64,000 nt of DNA from Schizochytrium sp. TIO01 (lineage: Eukaryota; Protista; Bigyra: Labyrinthulomycetes), in the NCBI GenBank assembly GCA_004764695.1, contig SMSO01000036.1, positions 620,001 to 684,000 of the forward strand. The letters are read 5' to 3'. Every line of letters starts with the position of its first letter. The stretch's first letter is position 1. Shown here piece by piece: positions 10,542-24,027 of this stretch. The translations under genes were made by a program, and so were the position numbers. A model generated the notes under the pieces. The model worked only from the letters and a program-made list of their open reading frames with translations, did no database searches and was not told where the DNA came from.

Positions 10542-13500
10542 ATGTAGGATCGTTTACCTTTGATTGAGTTTTCAAATGAATGAAAGAGAGGTGAGAGTTC
10601 AGGTTCGCTTATTTGCCAATGGGACAGGGCGGTTCTGTCTGCACTGAAGCGGCGAAAGACTTGTGGACTTTTCTCTTCTCTTTTCTTCTCTTTCTTTCCT
10701 TTCTTCCTCTCCCTGAGTTCGGACTGCTCTTCAGATCGATCGTTCTGCACGTTCCACTCTCCGTTCACCGTCTACCGCCATCGCTTCCCTTCCGACGGCT
10801 GTACACATCGCCTCTTCAGGCGAAGCTACGCGGCGGCTATCGCTTATTCAGACGAACGAGACGGCCAATCTTGAGACCCTGTTTTTCATTCACATACATG
10901 TATATATTTTTTATTTATTTTTTATTCACTAGTAATATATATATTTATTGTATATCGATCGTGAGATTAAATTGAAATACTACGACTTTCGACTTCAAAA
11001 AAATTGAAAGCATATATGTATTCTTGACATACGCTATGCATTCATTTTCTATCTTGGGTTCTGAGTGTGTGTTTCTCTTTCTCATGATCTCACTCTCGCT
11101 CACTCTCGCTTCCACGTCAGCGCTGCTTTGAGCAGTGACGTTGCTCAGGTATCGATCGCTGCAGCGGCCTCCGCCACCTCTGTCTGCCTTGGCGCACGGC
11201 TTCGGCGCCCTTATTGCGACCGTTCGCCTCTGCCGACGTCGTTGTTCTCGAGCGAGCTAGAGCTGGCTGGCTGGAGCTCTCGATCGATCGCCTTACAGAC
11301 CCGTATACTTTTCACCTCCGCACCGTGCGTTCTCTTCTGCGGATCATAATTCTCCCTTTACACCCTGGTCCCTCATGGTGTTCCATGCGATAGAAGAGAA
11401 CACACGCCTTCCCTCCTTTCTCTCTAGAACTCGGTAGCGTAGCGTAGAGTAGCGCATAGCAGCACCCGCCCAGCTAGAGAGCTAGCTAGCTATACCTGGC
11501 TCAAAAGAGACACCATTTAGGAAGAACTTGCTTCTTCAAGTTGAAGCTGACTTCTGAGTTGACCCTGAAACAACATGGATGAACTTCGCAGTAATGGCCC
11601 CCAACTTTGCTTCGAGTTCGTTCTTTACACCGGATTTCCGAACTCCTTGCCGTGCTTCGAGTTCGTTCCGCCTTGAGTATTCTCACCTTCGCAGTCTATG
11701 CTGTTTCCCCTCTAGCTAGAAAATAAAACCTCCTTTTATGTATGTGTATATTTTTTGTTTAATATTAAAAACATGTTTGAAAGAATAAAACTAATAATAA
11801 TAAAGTTCAAGTCATTCTCTATGACAAAAAAATCTTGCGCCGATGTCGAACCCAAGCTCGAAAGCCTCTGGAACCCGCCATACGACTGACGTCGGAGCGG
11901 CGTGCGGTCCGAGCCCTCTTTCTAATAAGCAGACATCCGGCCTGAGGCAGTGTTCTCTGCTTTTGCCCCTCCACTGTCTCCGTCTCAGCGCTATCTCACT
12001 CTCTCTCAAGCGCCCATCTTCGAGTTTCAAGTGTTGCAAGGCATTCCGTTGCATGAATAAATCTATGCATGTATTATGATGTATGTCTGTCTTCTCTTCA
12101 AGTGAGTTTCTTCCCTTCAAGACACCCTCGACTACTACCCAGGCGGCTAGGCCCTCCCTACTGGCGCTTCCTAGGCCTAAGCCTACCTGGAACCCCAACC
12201 TTGGAGAGCAACTTCGTTTCACAGCGTTGGGGCCAGCAAAGTTCTCTGGCGCCGGGACTCACAGAGTGCCCCCCTGGCCTACATCTCGAGCCCCGCAGAG
12301 GGGGGCACGGGCTCGAGCTGGGTGACCCTAAGTCTGAATGGGCCAACGCGGCATTACATTTTGCGTTGCAGACTTTCTACGAGTTCGCAGGCGGCGCTTT
12401 CCCGAGGGCTTCGACAGGAGTTGCTTTGCCCGCTCGCACGATGGCAATCTCGCGGGCGCCTCACCGTGTATGCATTTATGTACGTATTCATGGATGGATG
12501 GATGGATAGAAGGAAGGATGTATGCATGGCACGGGAGATGGAGCTTCGCTCTCGAGGCCTTTCTTCTCGTGTTTCTTCGGGCCGGCGATTGGCAAGATCG
12601 ATCGATCGATCGATAGATAATCAATCCACAATCTGAGTTCAAGGTGCGAACTCCTGGAAATGAGTGCCTCTTCTTTTATTCATTCATTGGGTGCACGTAT
12701 GCACGCTGCTTTCCCACGATTCTGGAGTTGGAACGGTGTTCTTCCTCGGTCTGGAACAAGTGAAGCTGGCCCGGGCTGGCTTACCTGGCCTTAGGCTTTC
12801 GGGTAGGAGGCGCGGGCCTGTTCCGCGAGCACCTTGAATGATAGACGTGTAGGTGGGAGGGATTAGGGCCTAGGTGGCTATTCTTATTGTTCAGAATTAC
12901 GAAAACGGGCGTGGATGTAGTAGAATCTGAGGAGTAGGTATCTCTGGCAGCTTGACGCAATTGCCTTCACTTGCTGTGCTCACGCTGCCAAGATGTCAAG
13001 TGGGCGGCTTCCCTTGTCCAGCGGTTGTTTGGACAGGCTCCACATTGGCTCGTTTCGAGAGATCTTGTCAAAGTCTAAGATATCCATCTTGAACGCTACA
13101 CAAAATGCGAACCTTCTAAATTAAAAGATAATAATAGTCACAATACCTTTTTTCTTTTCTCAAGTTTTAATTTTTAAAAAATAGATTTTAAAACATTAAA
13201 AACTGTGAAAGCTCCATTGATCAATGTGGTACGATCGCTCTCCAAGACACCCCAAGGTTCTAGTTATAGTTAATGCAGTTTCTACACCTTAGATTCTCGA
13301 GCCTTCTCACAAAGCATCGTGTCCGCATCGAGAGAGACCAATCCACGCATCATTTATAAAAATTGGTGCCTTCATCTACTGTGCTCCTTTTCTATCAATA
13401 ACTCTGCGTTTTTACATTTTTTTTTTTTTTTATTCCTTTTAGAAACGTTTTGTAATACATAAAAATTAAAAAAGAGAAATGATATACATCTATCTATCTA

Positions 13501-16243
13501 TCTATAAATACATACATTTTTTAATTTTTTTTAAAAGTAATCTAAGATCTCTTTCGAAGTCGAAGCGTTCTTTTCAGAACCAGCACTTCTTTCTCCTCAC
13601 AACCCTTCGCGAGTCGCCTTGGGCCTACTAGCGGCGCTGCGGCCGACCGCCGGGGAGAGAAACCCCTTCTATCAAGCTCCAAGGCCCTGTTACCTGCGAC
13701 CTCTTTCTCTTTCATCGTTCGTATTTGTTTGCTGTTTCTGTTTGCCGATCTTTTCGGTCCTTCGCCAGCTTGGTTTTTCCTGCGTTTCCGTATGAATTTC
13801 GATGCAAATAAACTTTAGACACACTCTCTAGCTAGAGAGATACCCTAGCTATCTAACCATAGCTAGCTAGGTAACAAAGTACCTTCTGTTGAAGCGATTT
13901 CCTACGCTCGATCTTCAAATCTTGGCTGCCCGAAGATCGCCAAACGATTCCCAGCGCTGCCACATCTCCTGAAGAAGAGTTAGTTGGTTATTCGAGTTCA
14001 TCATTTCGTGGAGCGATGCCATCTATGCGCCAAAGTACAGAACTTGCAAACCGTGGAATGCTCGAGAATTCATGAAAGCGATGCGATCTGAGAGAACCCA
14101 CTCAGAGAGCGCTTAGTGCCCTCTCTAATCTGAATTGAACAGGTGCGGCCCGCTGCGGTTTACAGAGAGACGGGCTTTCAAGTGCGTGCGCAAGAGACGG
14201 CGAAGCATCGATGATACCAAGCGTTCTCACGCACTCAGTTCGCCGCAGAGGCGATGGAGCGTAGCGCTCGCTTCCTTGCCTCCGTTGGGCGAAGCCTTTC
14301 TCTTTCTCTCTCCATTCTCCTCCTTCACCAGAAGTTTATGCCAAGCCCAGCCTCTGAAAAAGAAAGCACTAGAAGTCCACACACGTACACCCCTTCCCTA
14401 CCTAGCTAGAGCGCCTAGTAGGTGCTACGTCCTGCTAGTCCGGAAAGTTCGCTTTTTCTTGGCCCTTGGAGATAGCGCGGATTCCTGATTGAATGCCTCT
14501 TTTTTCCTTCGTGCTCCCGTAAAGACCTGTGCAGCCGAGGCCTCTCTCTGCTCATTAGTCGGCCGTTCAGACAGCCGTTCAGACAGGCAGACAGTCAGCC
14601 GACCTTCTCTGACCCAGCTGGCAAAGCGATGGTGCCGTTCATTTATCTTCTTCTTCTGCGCGCCCTGGTTCGCTTTCTCCTTCAGCTCCGTTCCACAGTA
14701 TATAATATTCGAGAGGTTGTTTGTCATTGTCGCATTTCAATTGAATTTATTTTTGAAAGCTCTTTCTCTTTCTCTTCTTACTCAATTGAAAAGTTTAAAT
14801 TAAGCAACAAACAAAACTATTTCTTTCCTTGCAGTAAGTCTGAAGGCACCTACTGCTCTTTAGAACCCCGAAAGCTTCTTATACCTTTACACGCATACCT
14901 GCATGCATGGAACCCTTGTGACTGTGAGGAGACACATAACGCTTGTCCGCGCGATCGGGACCAGGCTGGCGCAGGACCGCCTGATACAAGCTCGGAAATG
15001 AAGGAGGTGATAGGCCTATGGTTGTTTGAAGATAGTGAAATCGCACCCTTGGAAACGTTTGGCTCTTGCCTTGTCTTGTCTTTTCTTCTGTGGGTCGGCG
15101 GCTCTTTGCTCTTCTGCGCTCAGTTTTTTCTGGAGAAAGCCTAAATTTCGAGATTCCTTCTTGATATCTCTGACAATTTAATTTTAGTTTTATCTTAAAA
15201 ACTGTTATTTAGTTTTACTTTTTAGAAGAGAAGAAAAAAGTAGAACCAAACAAAAATCAATTTGAAGAGGTTTGTTCTTTCTCAAATCAAAATCAGAATT
15301 AGAAATTCACTCGAACGTGAGAGGCAGCAGCAGCTCAGAACGGCAGGTCAGGCAAAGCATCGTGTGGGCCAGAGGCCTTCAGTTTGGTGACGCACTCACT
15401 TGTTAGCAGCCCTTGACAAGTTTGACCTCGCGAGCGTCCCCTTAGCGACGACCCCTCTGAGATCAATCAGCCAAGAAGCCGCCACAGCTTCTGCCATTGG
15501 CTCTTCACTCAGAATTAATTAACCAGCACCTGAGCCATAGCATTGCTACACTCTTTTTGCCCTTTTCCTTTCTCTTCTTTCAATTCTGGTCCATCTCATC
15601 GAAAGGACAGCAGCTTGGTTCTTCGGGAACGTAGTACTACTTACCGCTGCCTACCGCTCGCGTTCGTGTTTCGGGATGTAAGCCGCGCAGGACCCCCCCC
15701 CTTCCCTCTCACTCACTCTGGCGGCAAGCCTCTCCGACAGAGTGCTCCCGTCTCCCTTTGCGAGGGTAAACTCGCGCGAACTATTCTGTCCTGCTTCCAA
15801 GGAACCTCGTTTCTTGCCCCACAGCGGCTCGGAGGAGGGGGAAAAAGCGAACTTGCGCCCCGCACCCGCAGCTCCTCTGATTCCAGAAGACAGACAGAGA
15901 GACAGACAGACAGACAGACGAAGCTCGCTTCTCAAAGGGCTCTCTCTCCCTTTCTCTCCCTCTCGCCGCGTCTGTCTGCGAGGCCGCAGCCCTCGTGCCC
16001 GCCTTCCCTTGCCTAGCTTTGAGCCTCTTCTTTCCCCTCGAGCGTAGGCGGTCTTCGAACCGGGACAGCTTTACCCTCTCCGCTTCTTTCCCCTTTCTTC
16101 GCTTCGCTCTCCCTGCCGCCTCTCTCGGGAAAACTAACTCCTTTGAGAAGCCGCGGCGGTTTTTCCACTCTAAGAATAAAAGCGAGGCGAAGGAAGGGAG
16201 AAACACGAGTGCGTCCTCCTCAATCTTGACAGACTTGAGTTGC

Positions 16244-16383
16244 GAAAAAAGAAAAAAAAAAAGAAAAAAGAAAAAAGAAAAAAGAAAAAAGAAAAAAGAA
16301 AAAAAAAAAAAAAAGAGCCTCCGGAACTCAGGAACCGATGATGGATGATCGATGATCGATGATCGATGATCGATGGATCGATC
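16244..16383. repeat. (GAAAAAA)n purine tract followed by (GATCGAT)n
   Basis: A-rich tract at about 16244-16315; GATCGAT units at about 16345-16383. Confidence 0.85.
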
Positions 16384-19137
16384 TGTCTTCAGAGGGGTTT
16401 GGGCTCTTTCTCTGCATGTCAAGATCTTCTCTCTCTTCTCCTCCCAAAGCTTCCTCTGTAAGCGCCCCTTCTCCCTCTCGAGGCGGCCTCTGACTGATCG
16501 CCCTCGGTGTCCATAACGGACAGCTCGAGCGCTCCCTTCGGCTTCCTCGCCAGCCTCGCGTTAGCTTCTTTCTTACCTTACACAGGTGCATAATCATTGG
16601 CTACCGCATCTCTAGTTCTCTTGAATTTGACGATGATTTTTTAAATTTCATTTTAAATTTCATTTAATTCTTCGAATTCGAATTTTAAGAATAAAATTTT
16701 AAAAAGTTAAAAGAAATGATTGTGATTGACTTGTTTTCATCATACTCTTCTTATATAAACTCAAACTTCAAAATTCGAAATTGCAAACGACCATCGACAA
16801 CAACCATCTCTAGCCATAGCAGCTACCTACCGTAAACCCGTCTGTTTCACAGCCCCTCTCGCACCCTCTGACTTTCTTTCTATGGTAGCAGTCAGACAGG
16901 CCCTCCTAGCCCTCGCGGCGGAATCCGCGTCTGGGTTGCGGCCGGCGCACGGGGAGCAAGTTGGAGGACGTGGAGGGCTTCACATTTGAAAGCTCAAGAA
17001 CTTCGCTTTGTGGATGTGGAAAGGAGCCGCGTGGCAGTGCATTCGGGCTGGACTTCTCCGGGAGGAAGAGAGGGGCCCGACCCGCCACAGAAGGCAGGAG
17101 GCAGAAGGGGCGTGTGGAGAATTGAATTGCTTGCTGTGCTTGCTGTGCGTGCTTTCGCATTGCTGTTGGAATGCTTTCTTTTTGCCTTTTTGAAGACACC
17201 CGTGTTTTCCGAACCAGCCTTTTGGCTTCTTTGTCGCCAGCAAGGCCTACAACGGTTTGGTCGAGTATCATTAGTTTTTGTTTGTTCTTTTTAGTTTTTT
17301 TTTTTAATTTTAAAATAAGGTTGTAGCTGTTTTTAGGTGTATGTATGTATATATATATGTTGATGAATATCGCGAAAAAATGAACCGAGAAGAGAAGAGA
17401 ACGGTGGTCGGTCGGAGGATTGGAAAGGAGCATTTGACCTGTCCTTTTCCTGCCCAAATCAGCTACCACAGAGGATGGGTGGGTTTTTTAGCTTTTCTTC
17501 AGCTTTTCTTTTTAATATATGGCTCAGGTGCCGTTTTAGTTTTTTTATTTTTATTGTTTTTTTTTTAATGAATAAAAGAGGGCAAGAATAAGGAAAGGAA
17601 GAAGAAATATCCCACTCCTTACATCACTCTTGTCTTCTGAACTCGCCGACTCCACTCGCTACCCACAGCCTAGTCTTTTATTACGATTTGAATTCGAAAT
17701 TATCTTGTAAGGGTACTCAGCTTTAACTTTAAGAAATAGTACACACCCGCGAAGGTCTCCTCGTGAGGGCAGCCCTTCCCAATACCCACAGTAGAGGTTT
17801 ATTTTTGTTTCACAGGAGAGGAATTTTCTTCAGCCTTCTCAAGATTTTGAAGGAAAGCCAATAGATGCTGCCTTTACATTCACATGGACGATACCTCAGC
17901 ACATATAGCCGAACGAACGAGCAAACGAACGGCCACCAGGTTAGCAATGTGCTAAGAAGGCATGCGGCAACGAGCCATAGCGTGGTGCACGACGATGGCG
18001 AGAGCTCCAAAGCTCTGCCTACACGAGCGAAAAGATATCCACGCTCAACAGCGACGTATCGACGTATCTTAAAGAATAATCTGATGAAGAAGACGATACC
18101 CCGTCGTGGCAACACATTAGCTCCAGCTCGGCGTTGGCCCACTTTGTGTTTGCGATTTGGCTGATTTTGCCCTTGGAGATCTTGAATTCTATCCCTTGTT
18201 CTGTTTTCCTATCCATGTTCTTAGAACTAGAAATTGAACGAAATTTGAGGTGAGGAAGAAGTGGGCTTGAAAGAGACGCCCCCAAACGCTCAAACTCAGT
18301 AAGTGACGTAGCAACCTTCTTGTGGCGGGGCGGTCTCCAAGGCTCGCCGCCAAAGCAGAGGATTATCTGCCAAGCTGGCCTTAAGCTACAAGCCCGTTTC
18401 CTACGAGTACCAAGCTGGCGAGCTGCACCGAGTTGAAGCGATTTGAAGCGAATGTAAAGTTGCAGGTACCTACTGGTGGTTGAAGTGCCCGTTCCAAGTA
18501 ATAGTTTTGCACATTGTAATGACCAAGCTGGCGTCGAGGGTGTGTGCTGCCGCGCGTGTGTGTGCGCGCGCGCGTGTGTGTGTGTAAGAGTGGCAGCCAA
18601 ACTCTGAACTCGAGGTTTGTTTGTTTGTTTGCAAAGCGAAGTTGAAGAGCATTGAAGTCAAAAGCTGCCGAGGCTTCGCACGTTCCGGCGGTTGACTCGC
18701 AGTTTGAGCTCTACATGCGGTCGCGCCACTATCTCAAGGTCGAAGGTCTTTTCGCAACGGAGCCATGGTGGCTGGAAACCGAAAACCATTCGCTTGTTTC
18801 TTTTCTATAGCAGGTAAATAAATCGCCTCACAAATGGGTCGAAACCCATCACAAACCAACGATCGAGCGCCCCTCGATGAGCATCCAGGATGCTAAAGAT
18901 GGCTCTCTAGCGGTCTAGCCCTTGGAGGGCCCAGCTTCGTGCGTGGAAGACCAATACGGGCGGCCTTTTCCAGACGCAGACAGTGTACGAGAGCTTCTGC
19001 ATCCACGGCCAATCTGAGCGTCGAATGCTCGATCATCCATCCATCTGTCCTCTATCAGCCTTTCCCAGTTTGCTCTCCTCGGCGGCACGTGCTTCGGCGG
19101 CGCAGACACGGCGGCGGTAGAGCAGACTCCTGTATTG

Positions 19138-19172
19138 ATGGATGGATGGATGGATGGATGGATGGATGGATG
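19138..19172. repeat. (GGAT)n microsatellite
   Basis: Read directly from the sequence. Confidence 0.9.
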
Positions 19173-20122
19173 TACTGTACACCTAGGTGAAGGGAGGACC
19201 CAGGAAGAAGGCGCTGTGGATTCCGGAGGCGGCTTGGGCAAGGACGGTAGTAGCTCACGTTGCCTTTGGCACGCTAGCTTCTCGTGCCAAAGCGCCGCAC
19301 TTGGCGTCCTCCTCGCACCAAAATGAGGCCATAGCACATGTGTGTGGAGCGCGTTTTCTTCATGAGATTCACACCTTTGATTTTCAAAAACAAAAACTCC
19401 TTGTCCTTTTCCTTCCTTCCTTCCTTCCTTCCTTCCTTCCTTTGCTTTGTTCATTCCTTCATTTATTCCTTTGGATAGCTTGCAAACTTCAATTTTTCAA
19501 TTTTTAATTGATTGAAAAGCTCTCTTTTTTAGATAACTTACTAATTTTTAAAGATTATTTTCAGAGACAAACTTGAAAGCCTTCGTTCCAATAATTTATT
19601 TTCATGGTCGTGCCAATTGCTTAACCTCGATATTGGAAAGACAACGTGGAGTTTCAATTTATTCATTCATGGTTTTGAAGGTAAGGAAGTGGTCTGTCTA
19701 GGTCCTTCTCCAGAACCTGTCACTAGACAGAGAAAAGAGCTATGACATGAGTTATGGATTTTTTCAATTTTGACCTTTTTCGTCTCATCTTAAATCATCA
19801 TGTTTTATTCTTCTGAGTTAGCTTATATATATCGTTGTAGGTATCCCTGCAAATGTCTTTTTCAATTTCTTTTCTTCTTTTTTTTTCTGAATCTAAAAAC
19901 CTTTTTTCTTTTCTTGAAGAAGGAGAGTTTTGAAATTACCTGTGGAAGGCTATAGTCGAAATATCGAAAGAAGATCGAGCTGTAATTCGAACGCAAGGAA
20001 GAAAAGAGGGTTTCGAGGTACTTCACGCCCCAATCCACCTCTTCTAGAGAAGCTAGCAGCTCATTTAAAGTGAGGCTGCTGAGGCGTGTTCGGTAACAAG
20101 TGCTGTAGGCTTGTGCTGACCC

Positions 20123-20182
<60 letters not shown>
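20123..20182. repeat. (TTTC)n microsatellite
   Basis: Read directly from the sequence, about 15 units. Confidence 0.95.
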
Positions 20183-20183
<1 letters not shown>

Positions 20184-20882
20184 TTTTCCTTCTTTCAGCA
20201 ACCAACTAACCCATGGTAGCGCCTCCTCTAGTAGGTAGCTAGAGAGCGCCTCTTTCCATTTTCGTTCTTTTTCATCATCAAAGTTACCCACGTTGTCCCC
20301 TTTCTTGAGTTTTCACGGGGGGAAAAGTGTTCTTTCTTTCCCTCCTCCTTCCGGCGGCCTCTTCTTTCGCCTTTCTTCGGGCAGGAGGAAAGAAAAGAAC
20401 GGCGGCGCTTTGGTTGACTGACTGACTGACTGACTGACTGATGAGATAGAAAGATACCGAGACAGAAAGACAGAAAGAAAGAAAGAAAGGAACAGCAGAG
20501 CAGGGAACGCTTGGAACGTCGAGACAGACTCTGGGGCGCCAGCAAAGCGGGCCCGGCCTGGTCCCGGCCGCCTCGACTTGGGCCTGAGGGTGCTGGGCTT
20601 CGCGTATGGCCAGAGCGAAGGGCAGGCATTTGCTCCTGAGGGGCGCCGCGCCGCCAGCCGCAGCGGCCTGCAGTGCGGGCGGGTGGACTCCTCCCTCCCT
20701 CCCTCCCTCTTCGCCATCGCACGGAAAGCGAGCCGCTCTCCGTTCTTCTTCTTCTTCGTTTGACCCGTGGGCTGTTTGTTCTGTTTGTTCTTTGGGGGAA
20801 TCGCAGGCGTTCTCTGCACGTCTTTGGGCGAATATGACGGCGTCGGAAAGCGTTCTTTTCCTCCGCTGCTGCCTTCTCCAAA

Positions 20883-20930
20883 CAAGATGGCTCTCCGATG
20901 ATGGAGGATCGATTGATTGGCCGCCATCTT
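20883..20930. promoter_or_regulatory. Paired YY1-type motifs with an overlapping CCAAT box
   Basis: CAAGATGGCT at 20883-20892 and GGCCGCCATCTT at 20919-20930 in opposite orientations, with ATTGG at 20916-20920, at the end of a very GC-rich segment. Confidence 0.4.
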
Positions 20931-23900
20931 CGATTGACTTTTGTAAGAAAGCGAGATCAGCGTAGTCATGGTAATATATTCCATACACACTCTCGTCGCA
21001 CACGTACACGGACATACATACATACAGACAGACATACGTGCGTACATACATACGTACAAGCATGCGAATGCAGATGCAAGATTGCAAATTACACGTCACA
21101 CCGGCCAGAGTTGGAGAACTTGCTCGCTAGCTTCGAGCTTGCGTTGAAGAACCGGGCACAGCGAAGAAAGAACTGCCACGCTGGTAATTAATTGCTTCGA
21201 CCATGAAGGCGAATGGAAGTGCGTGCAGTCGTGAAGACAGCCAGAGTCGAATCCGGTCCTAAACTAGGCACGACCTGCCTACTGCCTGCCTGCTTGCGGT
21301 TGATATGGAGAGTCAGCGGTGGAAGAAGAGAAGGGTTGGTCTCGCAGATCCAAGGCAAGAATGCCTGAGCGAGCGAATCATTGACGCAAGCTATTAGCTA
21401 GCTCTGGAAACGACGTCGAGATTATCTCAAGCCATGGACAGTTTGTGTACTAGGCCTGGTAGGCTCAACCGAGGTGAGACGGCGAATTGAGTACTTCGCA
21501 GGCCAGGCTTATGATGGCTGAGCGGTCGAAAGATTGCTTGCTTGCTGGCTTGCTTGCTTGCTTGCTTGCTTGGAAACGTCGATATTTGCGTCTTCGTGGT
21601 CTCGCTCAAGGCAGCCAGCAGCGGCTGACACAAAGCGGGTGGGCCGTACATGTTTAGATCATCTAGTGCGTACGTGCCTGCCTGCCTGTGGTTGACCCAA
21701 TGTCTTCAAAATCTCGGAACTTGCTGTCGATATGCAATGAACGTGAAGAATCTCACGCAAATCCTACCTAGCTAGCTACCTCGCTGCGGCGAGTGGACTC
21801 TGCTAATTTACTTTCGTCAGAGGACATGGCAGCAACCAGTTTGCCAGCACGGATGCGAGCATGTAATTCGAGATGGCACTGTTTCCGGGACGGGCTTTGC
21901 GGCGCGGCGAGCCAAAATAGCGTGAATGACGAAGGCAAGATCTCCTTTCCATCAGGCCTGATGTATCTCTGAAGGCGTTGCTTTTGGCAAACTCTCAAGG
22001 TGGGTGAAGGAAATGCAAAGAGCTCTTCTTTCTCTTTGCGCCGGCAATCGATTCGTCGCGACGCAAGGTACTGACTGGCCTCGCAGATTCAAGCAGACCT
22101 GTCATGGTGCACGGTTTCGAAGCTTGTTGCTCAGAATACACCCGTAGTGAAGGTTGCCGAGAACTATAGTTCGGAGATATAGCAAGTCTTGCGTTTGATG
22201 GTCCAGCCGTCACTGACAACTTAGCCTCCGGGATTTCGCGCAGGACTAGGGCAAGGGGTAGGGGCGCTTTCTGGCGTAGGAATGGATGAGCTCCTCCTCT
22301 CCTCTGCTGTACACGACTATCTGCCCTGCCTTGGCGATCTCCCATGGCCGATGGGCATTCTGCCCTATCGACTATTGGCGCGAACGCATAGGTGGGAGGG
22401 AGTTGGAGAGGCTGGCTGAAGCCGAGTCAGGAGCGCCGTGGGGGTATTCGATGGTGCTGCCTGGAGAAGAGTTTCATGCGACAGACAGCCCCACGATAAA
22501 CCAATCTCGAGTCAGAGATCCGGTGAAGACGATGCAGAAAATACAGCTTGGCCCTTTATGTACTAAAGTTCACATTTTATGATTTTTATTTTTTTGTATT
22601 TTAGAAAATTTATTTAAATGTTTAATTTAAAAATTACAAATTACAAAGACGAAAGATTGGCACCAAATTATGAGTAACAACAAAATCACTCACTCCGCTT
22701 CGGTAGCCGAAGGAACTACGCTACAGTTTTTTGACAACCTCTGCCGGACAAAGCATCGAAGGCAAACCGGCAACGCAAATTGCCAATCGCTTCGTCTCAG
22801 GCTCTGCTCTACTTCTTTGAGCACCGGGCGCTGATATGCCTCCTGAAACTGATGCGCGACATCTCTCCTTCGCGATGAGCCAGGCAGGCAGGCAGGCAGG
22901 CAGGCCTTCGAGTCGAGCTAAGGAACGGAGCAAAGGAAAGATGATTCACGAAAGCCGCACGAAGTGAGTCGGTAACTCCTCGATCAAGTCGCCCCTCGCG
23001 AGCCGAGCAACTGCAATCTGACAGCTCCTCACTACTCGACCCGCAGCCGTTTCGAGCAAGTGAACTCCAGTCAAAGTATGGCGCGGAAACCCCGTGCCAC
23101 CGGGATCTTCTTTCTGCCTCTCCGCACAGATCGATGAGAGATCGCGTCGTCGTCCTTTGCTCTCCCTCCCTCCTCAGTGCAGCACCCATCCATTCGCCTC
23201 GCGTGAACCCTTCCTTCGCAAGAGCCGTCGCGCGTTTGTTGTCTGCCTGCCTGCCTGCATGCATGGAGAACTTCCTCGACTCGACCCGACCCGACTCGAC
23301 CCGACTCTATCACCCTCTAAACTATGCTCCATCGTCCGCTGCGCCCCGCCCAGCGCATGGCCAGCCGCCTTCATCTTGCGCAGTCTCAGGATACGCCAAA
23401 CTCCAAAGGCAGCGATGGAAAGGAAAGATCCGCCGTCACAGCGCTCACTCCTCCTTAAGACAGACAGCACTTCCGGACCAGATCAGAAAATGCGTTGCGC
23501 TGCCAGTTAGGTCACCGTTGCCGCGGTGTGAGTGTGGGTAGGCGAAGCCTAGCTAGTACCCAGTGGTGACACGAGTCGCCGAGAATCCCGTGACTGCTCA
23601 GCCGTTGTGAGCGGCTGAAAAGGAACCCGCGATGAGCGCGACCGCCGAAAGATCGATCGCCCGCCGCATGATCAGGTCTGCAGAGCGAGCGACCTTTGCT
23701 TCGGAAGATCGCGGCGCCTCAGGCCGGAGGCGGCTTCCTTTGCCCAGGAGCTTCTTTGGCTTCAGAAGAGCGCTGCTGCTTCCTCTGCCCTTCTGCAATG
23801 CACACCTATGTACCTGAGTCCGCTCGAAAGACCTGAGTGTCTTTCAGCGAGCGAGGGCTGAAGGTTATAGGCATAGCTGCGGGGAGGCTCTCCCCTCTCT

Positions 23901-23986
23901 CTGCGGGGATGCACAAGCGCAAAGCCTCCCGCAGCCGGGAGAAGAAAGGAAATACCCTCCGCCAGCTGAAGGGGGGTGGTTGGAGG

Positions 23987-24027
23987 CGCCATCTTGGATT
24001 GGCTCTGCGAACTTGGGCTCACCAATC
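23987..24027. promoter_or_regulatory. YY1-type motif next to two CCAAT boxes
   Basis: CGCCATCTTG at 23987-23996, ATTGG at 23998-24002 and CCAAT at 24022-24026. Confidence 0.4.
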
